Source: Fibrobacteria bacterium (GTDB lineage: Bacteria > Fibrobacterota > Fibrobacteria > UBA11236). Taken from it: DNA of 64,000 bases. How positions within the stretch are numbered: position 1 is the stretch's first letter; each line of letters begins with the position of its first letter. Both the position numbers and the translations under genes were made by a program. The DNA lies in contig JAYTSD010000032.1 of assembly GCA_043745805.1 (NCBI GenBank), positions 41,738-105,737 on the forward strand. Direction: 5' to 3'. Positions 19,964-30,959 of this stretch are shown one piece after another. The notes under the pieces are model-generated. The model was not told the origin of the DNA. It did not search any database and worked only from the letters and a program-made list of their open reading frames with translations.

Positions 19964-21226
19964 TTAATATGAGTAGAATATTTGATGCACAGGATTTTTT
20001 CCCATACTGCACTTTCCCATTCCATTAAATAAATTTTGGTTTAATGATTTTGCTTTTGTCTTATAAGGTGAAAAAATACTGACTTGATTTCCAAACTCAT
20101 AAGCGCCAATATCAATAGTTCCCACCGATTGCCTCGATTCACTGGAAAGTGGATGTACATATTGAAATGCGGGCATTAAACTAAATCCATGCGCAGTACC
20201 CGGATTGGCACCTTGATTTATCGCGGCAGAGTTAGCTAATAAATGAAAATCAAAAATAGCGATATTAACTAAGCCGGCATTGGCGGTTTCTAAATTATTG
20301 GATGTATCCGAGGGACCTTCTACGGCTCTTCCTCCCCCAATAAAAAGATTATTCATCACTTTTGCTTTGCCCATTCCGTTCGTAATGGATACAAAAACAT
20401 CGGATGATCCGGCTCGGTTATTAATAATGGTATTATTAATAACATATAAATCTTTTCCGCGTATTTTAGTCAATGGTTCTTCGCCATAAGCAATGATTGC
20501 AGGGTTATCGGTATTAGGACTTTGCCGAATTAAATTTCCGATAATATAAGAAGTGCCAGCTTCGGGAATATCAATCTCATAACTGGCCGTGCCAGTTACT
20601 TCATCCATTATGCGATTGTAAAGTATATAACTCGTATCGGCACGGGTTTTAACGAGATGGCCAATTTTTGCATCATGACTATAGCTATTGCGCAAGGTGA
20701 AGCTTTTTGCATAGCCGATATATATGTTATGGCTTTGACCATCTCCAAATCCATTGCGCGCGAATTCACTGTTTTCAATTAAAACAGTTCCACCATCACC
20801 ACCTAAAATTCCATTTTCATTGTCATGAAAAAAACAATGACGAATAATGACATTGGGACCTTCTTGACGAATACCTGCACCATTTTGATCGGGAACTGAG
20901 GCGCCAGAAAATTCAATATTTTCTACGACAGTATTTTTTCCACCGATTACCCAAATTGCTTTTCCACCTTCATTTTTGCCATTGGCCGCTAAATGTGCAT
21001 ATTTAGAAGAGCCCCGTAACACCAAATTATCGGCACGCCAACTTGTAACATCGCCATTATAAAGTCCAGCTGCAATTTCAACGGTATCGCCATTCTGTGC
21101 ATCAACTGAGGCTAAGCTCGGCTTAGCATATTTTTTTCCTGGTCCCACCTCTAATTTTCGCGCCTCGAGCTGCATAGTCAATAAAACGCTTAGAGCTAAA
21201 AATAGTCGATCGAATTTATGGAGCAT
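19964..21226 (-). CDS. Secreted right-handed parallel beta-helix protein (pectin-lyase-like fold)
   Basis: Signal peptide, VENIEFSGA, NGAGIR, FHDNENGIL, HNIYIG, NNTI, DIGAYEF; basic C-terminal tail. Confidence 0.75.
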   Translation of the reverse strand: MLHKFDRLFLALSVLLTMQLEARKLEVGPGKKYAKPSLASVDAQNGDTVEIAAGLYNGDVTSWRADNLVLRGSSKYAHLAANGKNEGGKAIWVIGGKNTVVENIEFSGASVPDQNGAGIRQEGPNVIIRHCFFHDNENGILGGDGGTVLIENSEFARNGFGDGQSHNIYIGYAKSFTLRNSYSHDAKIGHLVKTRADTSYILYNRIMDEVTGTASYEIDIPEAGTSYIIGNLIRQSPNTDNPAIIAYGEEPLTKIRGKDLYVINNTIINNRAGSSDVFVSITNGMGKAKVMNNLFIGGGRAVEGPSDTSNNLETANAGLVNIAIFDFHLLANSAAINQGANPGTAHGFSLMPAFQYVHPLSSESRQSVGTIDIGAYEFGNQVSIFSPYKTKAKSLNQNLFNGMGKCSMGKNPVHQIFYSY

Positions 21227-21298
21227 ACTTTTCTTTCCTCAGTAATTACATGAGATCGCTATTTGCTTGGCCGTTAAAATAGCATATTGCAGAGTAAA

Positions 21299-22123
21299 TT
21301 ATAATTGCCTGCGAAAGTTAATCGCAGCTTGCAAATGTTGACGATGATAACCATCTCCCGAATATTTTCCATCGGTAAGCAAGGTTCTAGCGGATATTTG
21401 AATCAGAATACGTTGCAGGGTATCTAAATCATCCGGAAAAATGGAGGTGGTGCATTGTGCAGAACTTATAAATCGAAAATTTAATGAATCAATACCTTCG
21501 GCTAAATTCAAAGTATCAGGTTGTAAATCATTTCGTAAACCGGGAATTAAATGTATGCGAAAATGCCCCTGTCCATCGGTTTTTAAAATCTGCCTTGCTA
21601 CGGGATATAAATTTACATAGGCAGGTGCATTAGGGAAATTAGCCGCATTAATACCCACTACTAATAAGGTATCAGTACTAGTGATTTGGATACTTATAAT
21701 CGCGGTATCTTGTGTAATACCTTCAGCCCAAACATAAAATTTAAAAAGGGAATCGGAATGCGCAGGAATACGAAAAGTGGTTTGTGAGAAAGAATTTCCA
21801 CTGCTAAATTTCTGAGCACGAATCTTGGTTTGGGTAGGATTCATTTTGAATCCTAATCCATTTACATCAGGAAAAATCGCATGGCTATGACTGGGTAATC
21901 CTGCTCCAGCTTGGGTGAGATAGTATTGCGATTCTTGTAATGTGTATTGTCCATTCATTCGCATTTCAGCAATTCCACTTTGTACCAACATACCCTTATG
22001 TTGAATATGATAGATGTAGAGAATACCTGCAATAGCGATAGTAGCAATACAAGATGCGACTAAAACTTCTAATAAGGAAATTCCTTTTGGTGAGGAAATT
22101 AAGCGCTTACCTAAAATTTTCAT
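21299..22123 (-). CDS. PilW-like minor pilin
   Basis: Class III signal KG|ISLLEVLVA; likely start MKILGKRL at 22123 (ORF track starts at 22180). Confidence 0.75.
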   Translation of the reverse strand: MKILGKRLISSPKGISLLEVLVASCIATIAIAGILYIYHIQHKGMLVQSGIAEMRMNGQYTLQESQYYLTQAGAGLPSHSHAIFPDVNGLGFKMNPTQTKIRAQKFSSGNSFSQTTFRIPAHSDSLFKFYVWAEGITQDTAIISIQITSTDTLLVVGINAANFPNAPAYVNLYPVARQILKTDGQGHFRIHLIPGLRNDLQPDTLNLAEGIDSLNFRFISSAQCTTSIFPDDLDTLQRILIQISARTLLTDGKYSGDGYHRQHLQAAINFRRQL

Positions 22124-22151
22124 AAAACCTTCGCACAAAAATAAACCTTTT

Positions 22152-22613
22152 TTATCTGGGTCGATACACCACAAAGCCATAAGTTTTGGTGACTAAATTA
22201 CCAGCTTGATTTTTAAAATCAGCCATTAGGGTAACATAACGTAAGGTAGTGGTATCTTGTTGATTAATATTTTTCATATCAGCGGAAGTTACCCCACGCG
22301 AGCTGGCTTTAATGGTTACTCCCGATCCCTGTGAATGCTGTAAAATGGTATTACTTAATCCTTTGAGTGAATCAAGAGGCAAGAGTACAACGTTTTCTAA
22401 TGCCTCTTGCGTGGCCAATGCCACGGCACCATAGGTTTTGGAGCGTTGATTGCCGATTAAAGAATTATGCGAAGTCCCTACAAAAATCGATCCCGCTACA
22501 CCGATTAAAACAATAGCAATCAGCACTTCAATTAAAGTAAAACCGTATTTGGCTGTAGCAATGATTTTCTTTTGTGGGCTATTCAATTTGATCATAAAAA
22601 ATAAATTTTTCAT
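22152..22613 (-). CDS. PilV-like minor pilin
   Basis: G|FTLIEVLIAIVLIGV prepilin motif. Confidence 0.78.
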   Translation of the reverse strand: MKNLFFMIKLNSPQKKIIATAKYGFTLIEVLIAIVLIGVAGSIFVGTSHNSLIGNQRSKTYGAVALATQEALENVVLLPLDSLKGLSNTILQHSQGSGVTIKASSRGVTSADMKNINQQDTTTLRYVTLMADFKNQAGNLVTKTYGFVVYRPR

Positions 22614-23110
22614 AATACCTTTGCCGTCCCCGTAGCCGGTAAGAGTTGAATTTTTTGTTGAAAAAGGGAATCGGAACCAATTATCGCCAATAAGGGAGAA
22701 TTCGCCGTTCCGATTAAGTTAATACCTAATCCACCAAAACAAACACTGTGCGTGGAGGTTTTCCCTCCTTGTACATTTTGAAAACTTAAGCCCTGTGGTA
22801 AAGTAAACGTGGCCATAATAGAATCGTCGGAATTATATCCGGCAGGGGCGCTTCGATCATTAAATATGCGATAGGTGACATTATCGGGAAGAAATTCAAT
22901 ACAAGGTCCAGCCATACCCATAACTCCTAAGGAACGTAACTTCCAAAGTTGATCTACTAATTTATTTGCCTCCGCTTTGGCTTTTTCTCTTTGGGAAAAA
23001 TGCGATAAGCCTAAATATCCTGAGGCTCCTAAAATGGAAATCAAGACTAATACCGTTACTACTTCAATAAGACTAAATCCTTTATGATAAATAAGCGTGT
23101 TGGTTTTCAT
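22610..23110 (-). CDS. FimT/GspH-like minor pilin
   Basis: KG|FSLIEVVTVLVLI; start 23110 overlaps the upstream stop (ATGA). Confidence 0.78.
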   Translation of the reverse strand: MKTNTLIYHKGFSLIEVVTVLVLISILGASGYLGLSHFSQREKAKAEANKLVDQLWKLRSLGVMGMAGPCIEFLPDNVTYRIFNDRSAPAGYNSDDSIMATFTLPQGLSFQNVQGGKTSTHSVCFGGLGINLIGTANSPLLAIIGSDSLFQQKIQLLPATGTAKVL

Positions 23111-24852
23111 CGCCGTACTAGCTCCCAATCGGTTAAAACAGGTAAGACCATGCGTGGAGTGCCAGGAGGCATATTGATCATCGCGTTATACATGGGATCA
23201 AAATTGTATACGCGAATAGGAGGTGTAAAATAAACACCATTAATATTATTGTTACCCCACGAATGCCGACTGTCCCATATACAAACGCTCGAACCAGTTT
23301 TTTCATACGGTACATTATCCCAGTTTTCCAAAAAGCGAACTAGATTTTGATACCCTCCTTGTCCCGCATGACTTCCATTTTGAGCAATCATACCTGTCAT
23401 GATACAGGCATTCACTGTTACCCGAGCCTTATTATTGCGCCCAATAATGCTACTCCCGGGACCCATTCCCAAAGAATGCTCATTCGGTAAAAAATCATAA
23501 CTGAGTTGTGTCATATTATCGCTCACGAGAGAGCTGGGCCAAGCTGACTTTAACCCATTGACTGCATAACCCGAGTCGGTATTATAACTACCCAAAAGGA
23601 CCATACGACTATTGGTGACTAAGGTGAGTGGACGTAAAAGTTTTTTAGCATTATAAATTAAAAAACCACCCACTATTTGATTACTCTGACTCGGATCTTT
23701 TAATTCGTCATACAAATAAATAATACTGTCTGTACGATTCCTGACCAACAAATCAAAATTTATAGGCAGTAGCTTTAAAGTTACCTTATCGCGTTTATCA
23801 TAAAATGTAATCCGATTACCTAAAGAATCAAAAAGCGGACTGGTGGGTTTTATCAGTGGGTCGGTTCCCAAACTAAAGGGGGCTGGGGCTAATGATTTAT
23901 CAAGCCAAACGCCATTATAAATGAGCGTGGCCTTCCAGGCAAACTTTGCCATTTGCGTATTAGCATCATCCCCTATATCACGCCAATCAAGTACCACATT
24001 GGGATCTACGGACTTTTTTAACGGCAAGGATAATTTTTGCACTTTTCCACAACCATTTTCATTATCGCCATAAGCGGCGCGGTGGTCTTTTTTCCATCCG
24101 CTCCAGCTGCTCACTAATTTTTTCAATTCTTCGGGAGCGACATTGCTGGGTTTTATGGGAGCGCTTAAATCAGGACCGCTTCCGTCCATCAGTGGAAAAT
24201 AAATTTTACTTTTCCCAAAACCTTTCTTTAAAAGTATGGGTCCTGGTGTGGTGATCCAATCATAGAGATAAAGTTCATTTCCGGGATAAAGTAAAATGGT
24301 GTCATTGCAATGAATTTTTCCGTTCAAATTCATTTGTGGCCCAGGATGAATTTCCAATAGCTTGTCGAAAAATACCGCGAATTGAAAAACCGGTAATTCT
24401 TCGAAGGAGGCTTTTTCATTTAAGGCACTATGCCGAGCAGGTCCTTCTTCACAAGTAGCCAGCAAAGAGATATCTGTACTTTTTAAAATTTGTCCAAAAC
24501 AATTCGATTGCGAGCTTTGTGTGGGTGTGGATATATCGGTGGTGCAAGCCATTGCCGTATGATTAATCGGTTCACAGGTACAAGCCTCATGACTTGCCGT
24601 GGGTAATGAATTGTTTTCAATAGTATGTGCAGCGGAATTCACGCCGAGAGACGCGCATTGTTGTACACATAATCGGGTTTGTAAAACATTCATTTCTGCC
24701 GCGGCAATAGCCATAGTGACTTGGGAGCGACTCAGCATACGCGAGGCGATGAGTAATATAGCGACAAGGATTATCGGAACTAAAATTAAAACGTAACCGC
24801 TCTGTTTCTGGATGGAGTGCCGTTCAGACTGAGGATTATTTGCTAGTGGCAT
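23107..24852 (-). CDS. Large PilX-like pilin with C-terminal domain
   Basis: QSG|YVLILV lacking Glu5 (PilX/GspK-type); FQFAVF...LEIHPGP...GKIHCN and GGYQNLVRFLENW...PPIRVYNFDP...PPGTP motifs. Confidence 0.72.
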   Translation of the reverse strand: MPLANNPQSERHSIQKQSGYVLILVPIILVAILLIASRMLSRSQVTMAIAAAEMNVLQTRLCVQQCASLGVNSAAHTIENNSLPTASHEACTCEPINHTAMACTTDISTPTQSSQSNCFGQILKSTDISLLATCEEGPARHSALNEKASFEELPVFQFAVFFDKLLEIHPGPQMNLNGKIHCNDTILLYPGNELYLYDWITTPGPILLKKGFGKSKIYFPLMDGSGPDLSAPIKPSNVAPEELKKLVSSWSGWKKDHRAAYGDNENGCGKVQKLSLPLKKSVDPNVVLDWRDIGDDANTQMAKFAWKATLIYNGVWLDKSLAPAPFSLGTDPLIKPTSPLFDSLGNRITFYDKRDKVTLKLLPINFDLLVRNRTDSIIYLYDELKDPSQSNQIVGGFLIYNAKKLLRPLTLVTNSRMVLLGSYNTDSGYAVNGLKSAWPSSLVSDNMTQLSYDFLPNEHSLGMGPGSSIIGRNNKARVTVNACIMTGMIAQNGSHAGQGGYQNLVRFLENWDNVPYEKTGSSVCIWDSRHSWGNNNINGVYFTPPIRVYNFDPMYNAMINMPPGTPRMVLPVLTDWELVRR

Positions 24853-25050
24853 AATACTCCTTTCACCGATTTATTTTGGGTTTCGGTGATTACTTGTTCT
24901 TATTGTACACTTTTGTAAAGTTGGGAAATCAAGGTTAACTACGAAGATTATTCGGGGTTTTGAACTTATTGCGAAACTTGTGATTGATGCGAAAAGCATT
25001 GGTCTTCTGGGTAAAAAAAGGCATTTTTATATTTCCATTGGGAGACTTTT

Positions 25051-28000
25051 ATGCATTTTCAAAATCTGGTTTTAAGCTTGCAAAAATTTTGGAGTGAACA
25101 AGGATGTTTACTGGCACAATCCTATGATCTTGAAAAAGGAGCTGCGACATTTAATCCCTCCACCTTTTTGCGGTCCCTAGGGCCAGAGCCTTTTAACGCT
25201 GCATTCATTGAGCCCTGTCGTCGACCTAAGGACGGCCGTTATGGTGAAAACCCAAATCGTATGCAACACTATTATCAATTCCAAGTGGTAATGAAACCTA
25301 ATCCGGCGAACATTTTAGAACTGTATTTAAGCTCCTTAAAAGCCATAGGTATTAATCCTTTAGAACATGATATTCGTTTTGTGCATGACGATTGGGAATC
25401 GCCAACTTTAGGAGCTTGGGGTTTGGGTTGGGAAGTATGGTTAGATGGAATGGAGATCACACAGTTCACTTATTTTCAACAAGTGGGCGGTATCGATTTA
25501 TCTCCCGTAACCGGCGAGATAACCTACGGCTTAGAACGAATTTGCATGTATTTGCAAAAAAAGAATAATGTTTTTCAACTTAGCTATAATGATCAATTTA
25601 CTTATGGCGATATTTTCCATCTTAATGAAGTGCAATATTCGCAGCATAATTTTGAATTCGCGGATACCGATTTACATTTTGATCTATTCAATAAATACGA
25701 AGCCGAATGTAAGCGACTCATGGCGCTTGGCGTGGTGCTTCCCGCTTATGATTACTGTATTAAGGCGAGCCATGCTTTTAATTTGTTAGATGCACGAGGC
25801 GCTATTTCGGTCAATGAACGTCAAGGTTATATCTTACGCGTACGCGCTTTAGCCAAGCTGGCTGCTGAAGCCTGGATCAAAACTCGTGAATCCATGGGCT
25901 ATCCTTTAATGGCACGCTCTAAGCCATTAGTGGCCCCGCTAGGCGCGTCAATTGAGGGGTTCAAACCTTTAACCGCGAATGTTACTGCGGAACGCGCCCC
26001 TTTATTAATTGAATTAGGCGTGGAAGAAATGCCGGCTCGGGTTTTTGGACCTTTGCATCGCGAACTTCCTGCATTAGTGCAAAAACATTTTGCTGACTCA
26101 CAACTAGACTTACAAGACATTAAAATTTTTGCTAGTCCTCGGCGCATTACTATTTCGGTGAGTTCATTGCGATTATCGCAACCGGATCTGGCTTTGGATC
26201 TTAAAGGCCCTCCTGCACAAATTGCTAAGAATGAAGCCGGCTGGACAAAAGCCGCACTGGCTTTTGCACAGAAAAATCAAATTGATTTGGCGACATTAGA
26301 AATCCGCAAACACGAAGGTGGCGAATATGTTTTCGCTAAGGTAGAGCGCAAAGGGCGTTCGGCGGTTGACCTATTGGCGGAAATTATTCCCAAAATCTTG
26401 GGAGAAATCCATTGGTATAAAACTATGCGTTGGGGAGAAGCCAAGGAAATGGCCTTTGTCCGTCCTGTTCAATGGTTGGTGGGAATATTAGGCAATGATA
26501 TATTGCCGCTCCAATTTGCTGGTTTAAAAGCAGGAGCGGTTTCTTTTGGCCACCGTTTTTTACATGCTGGCCCTGTTGCCGTTTCCTCGGATCGGGAAAA
26601 ATATTTAAAGGCATTACGCAACGCGAAAGTAATTGTTGATCAAGAAGAAAGAAAATCTATCATTCGCGCCTCCTGTAAAAAAACAGCAGAGGAAAAAAAC
26701 TGGTTATGGAAAGAAGATGAAGAATTATTAGAACAAGTGGCTTATCTGGTAGAATTCCCTGTTCCGGTTTTGGGTTCTTTCGAAAAAAATCTTTTAGCTA
26801 TTCCTGCCGAAGTTTTAATTTCAGAAATGCGCGAACATCAAAAGTATTTTGCGGTAACCGATATGCAAGGTGATTTGGTAAATGCTTTTATCACATTATC
26901 CAATATGGTCTGTGAGGACTATGCCTTAATTCGTGAAGGTAATGAAAAAGTTATTCGCGCACGCTTTGCCGACGCAGAGTTTTTTCTTAAAGAAGATAAA
27001 CAAAGAACTTTGCAATCCCGCCTCATCGACTTAGATAAAATAACTTTCTTAGCGGATCTAGGCAGCAAAGGCAGTATTGGTGAAAAGGTAAAGCGCGTGC
27101 AAGTGCTTGCCGAATTTATCGGCGAAAAATTAGGACTTGATGCCGAGGCCCTTGGCCGCATCAAACAAATCGCTATACTCTGTAAATGCGATCTCACGAC
27201 CCAGATGGTAGGTGAATTTCCTGAATTGCAAGGCATCGTAGGTCGATATTATGCTTTGGCCGAAGGATTAGACACTAGTGTTGCTAACGGCATTCGCGAT
27301 CATTATCTACCCCGTAATGCTAATGATACCTATCCTGAAAATGACGAAGGCGCTATTGTCGGCATTGCTGATCGTATCGACACCTTAATGAGTATGTTTT
27401 CCAAAGGTAAAGTGCCTACGGGCTCTGCGGATCCTTATGCTTTACGCCGAGCATGCTGGTCTTGCGTGGCCATTATGTTACATCGCAAATTTGATTTAAA
27501 TATTTTAGACATTTTAAAATATGCTTTGGTAGAAGTGTATCGCGAAGAATTTCAATTTCAGCAATTTAGCATTGAGAAAAAAGGTAACCTAGAACTTTTC
27601 CATGATTTACAGGAATTCTTTTTTGCACGAACGAAATTTCTTTTACAAGAAATCCCGAGAGCGGATTTGCCGGGCGGTTTTGCTAAGGATATTGTGGAGG
27701 CTGCGGCTCAGAGCACTTTGGGTTGGCATGATTTATTAGACTTTGTCGCTCGCACTAAAGCCTTACAAGAATTCCGTCAACATCCCGATTTTATGGCTAT
27801 TGCCGAAACGTTTAAACGCGTCAATAATATTCTTAAAGGTGAAGTGATGGGTGTTTTAAATCCAGAGACTTTCCAATTGGATGTGGAAAAAAATTTATAT
27901 AAAACTTTAGCACAAATTAAATTAGAGATGGATAAGTTTTTAGAGAAAAAAGATTATCTGCATGCTTTTACAGCTTTAGTTTCTTTGCGTGCCGATGTAC

Positions 28001-28131
28001 AGGCTTTATTCGAAGGCGCTATGATCAATGATCCTGCTGAGGCTGTACGTTTAAATCGGCAATTATTATTACAAGAAGTGCGTGGCTTGGTCATGCGCAT
28101 GGCTGATTTTTCTGCCATTACCATAGGATAA
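25051..28131 (+). CDS. glyQS: Glycine--tRNA ligase, fused alpha+beta subunits
   Basis: GlyQ motifs ([30 protein letters not shown]) in one frame with GlyS motifs ([34 protein letters not shown]). Confidence 0.95.
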   Translation: MHFQNLVLSLQKFWSEQGCLLAQSYDLEKGAATFNPSTFLRSLGPEPFNAAFIEPCRRPKDGRYGENPNRMQHYYQFQVVMKPNPANILELYLSSLKAIGINPLEHDIRFVHDDWESPTLGAWGLGWEVWLDGMEITQFTYFQQVGGIDLSPVTGEITYGLERICMYLQKKNNVFQLSYNDQFTYGDIFHLNEVQYSQHNFEFADTDLHFDLFNKYEAECKRLMALGVVLPAYDYCIKASHAFNLLDARGAISVNERQGYILRVRALAKLAAEAWIKTRESMGYPLMARSKPLVAPLGASIEGFKPLTANVTAERAPLLIELGVEEMPARVFGPLHRELPALVQKHFADSQLDLQDIKIFASPRRITISVSSLRLSQPDLALDLKGPPAQIAKNEAGWTKAALAFAQKNQIDLATLEIRKHEGGEYVFAKVERKGRSAVDLLAEIIPKILGEIHWYKTMRWGEAKEMAFVRPVQWLVGILGNDILPLQFAGLKAGAVSFGHRFLHAGPVAVSSDREKYLKALRNAKVIVDQEERKSIIRASCKKTAEEKNWLWKEDEELLEQVAYLVEFPVPVLGSFEKNLLAIPAEVLISEMREHQKYFAVTDMQGDLVNAFITLSNMVCEDYALIREGNEKVIRARFADAEFFLKEDKQRTLQSRLIDLDKITFLADLGSKGSIGEKVKRVQVLAEFIGEKLGLDAEALGRIKQIAILCKCDLTTQMVGEFPELQGIVGRYYALAEGLDTSVANGIRDHYLPRNANDTYPENDEGAIVGIADRIDTLMSMFSKGKVPTGSADPYALRRACWSCVAIMLHRKFDLNILDILKYALVEVYREEFQFQQFSIEKKGNLELFHDLQEFFFARTKFLLQEIPRADLPGGFAKDIVEAAAQSTLGWHDLLDFVARTKALQEFRQHPDFMAIAETFKRVNNILKGEVMGVLNPETFQLDVEKNLYKTLAQIKLEMDKFLEKKDYLHAFTALVSLRADVQALFEGAMINDPAEAVRLNRQLLLQEVRGLVMRMADFSAITIG

Positions 28132-28143
28132 AAATCCGAGCAT

Positions 28144-28179
28144 AAAAAAGGAGAGGCGTAATATTTATATACCTCTCCT
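28144..28179 (-). terminator. Intrinsic terminator between convergent glyQS and cpoB
   Basis: AGGAGAGG...CCTCTCCT stem followed by a U-tract on the minus strand. Confidence 0.7.
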
Positions 28180-28203
28180 GTAATTTGTTTCAGTTATAAA
28201 AGC

Positions 28204-29007
28204 TTATTCTTTAATAAGTTCCTGAGCTCTTTGCGCTTCATTACTGGTAGGGCACTCCGCGATTAAAGCTTTCCATTCTTCATTACGTTTGGCTTTATCC
28301 TTTTTCTGATCATAAATCAATCCTATTTTAAAACGTGCCGAGCAAACTTTGTTTCCCTTGGGAAACTCTTTAATGACACGCTGATACATTTCTGAAGCTT
28401 TATCTAGCTTATCGCTCTTTAAATAACATTCACCCATCCAGTAAAGCGTATTGTCCTTATAGCTTCCGCCTGCGTCTTTATCGAATACGGTTTTAAAACC
28501 TTGAAAGGCTAATTCGTATTTTCCTCTTACATAATCTTCGCGAGCTTGATTATAAACATTTTCTAAATCAAGGCCTTCCACGACTTTCACCGGAGCTTCG
28601 GATGCTGCGGTAGTATTGAGATTGGCAGTGTTAGCGGAAGTGTTTCCAGGTATTGGTGTAGCAGAGTTAGCAACCCCACTTACAATTATTTTTCGTTGAT
28701 CCAGTTTATCGATTTTAGTGCTGAGTTGCGTTAAGCGATATTGGGTTTCATCGATTTGTGCTTGCAAGCGGGTGATTTGACCAGCTAATTCACCCAAGGT
28801 ACTGGTTAAATCAGCTTTCATTTTACTAGTTAATCCACCTTGATTGATATTCAAATCATCAATGGATTTTTGTAATTCCGCAACTTGTCCATGTACGCCC
28901 TTCACTTCTTGTGAAACCGTACGTAATTCTTCTGTTCGGAGTAGGGTGATTTTTGAACACCCAACCCAAAACAAAAGGGAGCTAACTAAAAGTAGGCGAT
29001 CAAGCAT
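28204..29007 (-). CDS. cpoB: Tol-Pal protein CpoB/YbgF (lipoprotein form)
   Basis: Likely start MLDRLLLVSSLLFWVGC (lipobox) at 29007; coiled coil plus TPR (YWMGECY); directly after pal. Confidence 0.85.
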   Translation of the reverse strand: MLDRLLLVSSLLFWVGCSKITLLRTEELRTVSQEVKGVHGQVAELQKSIDDLNINQGGLTSKMKADLTSTLGELAGQITRLQAQIDETQYRLTQLSTKIDKLDQRKIIVSGVANSATPIPGNTSANTANLNTTAASEAPVKVVEGLDLENVYNQAREDYVRGKYELAFQGFKTVFDKDAGGSYKDNTLYWMGECYLKSDKLDKASEMYQRVIKEFPKGNKVCSARFKIGLIYDQKKDKAKRNEEWKALIAECPTSNEAQRAQELIKE

Positions 29008-29008
29008 T

Positions 29009-29551
29009 CTAGAAAGTAGTGGTAAATTCCGCTCTTCTATTTTTGCCCCATGCTGCATCATCATGTGCATCGGAAGCAGGCTTTTCTTCACCATAACTAA
29101 TGGTGCTTAGACGAGTGGCTTCCACTCCATAGCTGCTTAAATAGTCTTGTACGGCTTTAGCGCGACGTTCACCCAAAGCTAAATTGTATTCATTAGTTCC
29201 GCGTTCATCGGCATGACCTTCAACACGAGAAGTGATTTCTTTAACTTCCTTCATCAATTGACCAATGGCTTCCAAAGTCTTTTTGGACTCGGGGCTTAAT
29301 GCACTTTGATCATAATTGAAATAAATTGGCTTGAAGGTTTCGGCAATGCGTGCTTGAATGCGTTGACGACGCAATTCTTCTTCACTCGGTCCGGAAGGTG
29401 TAGGAGTTGAAGTTGGCTCTTTGGTTGCTTCCATTTTTGGGGGTTCAGGTTCCTTGTCAGCTATTGGAGCAGGCTTCTTAGAGCAACCAATAACGAGGAT
29501 TAAGATAGCCCCAAGTAAGGACAAATATTTGAGTCTGGAAGTGTATTGCAT
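29009..29551 (-). CDS. pal: Peptidoglycan-associated lipoprotein
   Basis: Lipobox VIGC; IYFNYD, EGHADERGTNEYNLALGERRA, SYGEEKP, NRRAEF. Start 29551 has an AGGAG RBS. Confidence 0.95.
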   Translation of the reverse strand: MQYTSRLKYLSLLGAILILVIGCSKKPAPIADKEPEPPKMEATKEPTSTPTPSGPSEEELRRQRIQARIAETFKPIYFNYDQSALSPESKKTLEAIGQLMKEVKEITSRVEGHADERGTNEYNLALGERRAKAVQDYLSSYGVEATRLSTISYGEEKPASDAHDDAAWGKNRRAEFTTTF

Positions 29552-29662
29552 AATTTTCTCCTGAATGAGCGAATTCAATAAATGTTCGAAGCAAAAGTTA
29601 AATATTTCACTCTTTAATGGGGGATAATAACCAAAAAAAACTACTCCAAACGGTTCTTTTTC

Positions 29663-30949
29663 TTAAAAATCAGACCATACCGGCATAGAGTTCCCACCCG
29701 AAAAACTTAAGCGCTTTGTTTGTGACCCATCTGTGGACATCAGGTATAACTCTGGATTACCCGTGCGTGTAGACATAAAGACAATATGGCGTGCATCAGG
29801 ACTCCAAGATGGGCTTTCATTACTCCCTGTGCCAGAAGTGAGCTTCACCATGTCTTTGCCATCAGGAGTGATGGTGGCGATATTCATATTATTGCCATCA
29901 TCCATAATGGAAAATACGATGCGATCTCCTTTGGGAGACCAAGCCGGAGAGCCAAAATAACTGCCTTCATAAGTAATGCGGCGCACATTAGATCCATCTC
30001 TATCCATAATGTATAACATCGGCTGCCCGCTTCTGTCCGAGATAAAAACAATTTCATAACCATTAGGCGACCAGCTGGGCGAAGTATCAATGGAGCCGGA
30101 AAATGTGAGCCGCGTGGGCTTGCCATCGGGTAACGTTTTGCGATAAATTTCGGAGTTACCGTCCACGGTGGAAGCATAAACAATTTCTTTGTCTATTTTA
30201 TTGTAATTCGCAGCGGTATTCATGCCTTTGCTATAAAGAAAAAGTCCATTTTTCCCACTGTTTAAATCTTTCAAATGAAATTGCGGAAAGCCATCGGCAT
30301 AGGTGGTATAAAGAATTTTGTTTTTCCCCTCTATCCAACAGGGTGTGAGATTGATGCTTTTGTTTTTTGTGATTTCAATCACATTTTCGCCATCATAATC
30401 CATCAGGTAGATTTCTTTGTTCCCCTGGCGCTTGGAAACGTAGGCGATTTTGCTTTGGGCAATGCCTTTTTCCCCAAAAAGCTGATAAACCAATTCATCA
30501 GCATATTGATGTGCAATTCGGCGCAAATCATTTTTTTTACCGGAGTATTTTTTGCCAATAATTAATTCACCACTATTTACATCCATAAGTTCAAGCTGTG
30601 CCGTAAAATTGTCCCCCTCTAAGCTGTATTCTCCGCGAACATAAGCTGTAGCTTGATTTTGCAAAAAACTTTTTTTGCTACTACTATCAAATTGCGGTGC
30701 TGGAAAAACTTTAAAGCGTCGGCTAAAATTTAAATCATCGGATAATACAGTACCTGGATTGCTGGCCGATTTGGTATCCCCTTTTTTGCAATGGATTTCG
30801 GTAAAGCCAATAGCTATGGCCTCATCACTTTTTTGTTCCAAGGTGATTAAAACATCTTCGGCCATCGACAAAGGCGATAGAACAAATAATGTTACTGTTA
30901 CACAAAGAATACTTAGATGCCTTAAAACGACAAAATGCAAAAGGCGCAC
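29663..30949 (-). CDS. tolB: Tol-Pal beta-propeller protein (start uncertain; ORF is open to 31036)
   Basis: AHQYADEL...GIAQSKIAYV, repeated SPSWSP (PD40) motifs. Confidence 0.92.
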   Translation of the reverse strand: MRLLHFVVLRHLSILCVTVTLFVLSPLSMAEDVLITLEQKSDEAIAIGFTEIHCKKGDTKSASNPGTVLSDDLNFSRRFKVFPAPQFDSSSKKSFLQNQATAYVRGEYSLEGDNFTAQLELMDVNSGELIIGKKYSGKKNDLRRIAHQYADELVYQLFGEKGIAQSKIAYVSKRQGNKEIYLMDYDGENVIEITKNKSINLTPCWIEGKNKILYTTYADGFPQFHLKDLNSGKNGLFLYSKGMNTAANYNKIDKEIVYASTVDGNSEIYRKTLPDGKPTRLTFSGSIDTSPSWSPNGYEIVFISDRSGQPMLYIMDRDGSNVRRITYEGSYFGSPAWSPKGDRIVFSIMDDGNNMNIATITPDGKDMVKLTSGTGSNESPSWSPDARHIVFMSTRTGNPELYLMSTDGSQTKRLSFSGGNSMPVWSDF

Positions 30950-30959
30950 ATAGTATGAA

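Noticed and set aside
29008-29094. Long cpoB N-terminal extension overlapping pal; similar extensions on tolB, pilW and fimT
   Set aside because: Downstream starts give proper lipobox, signal or prepilin sequences without long overlaps.
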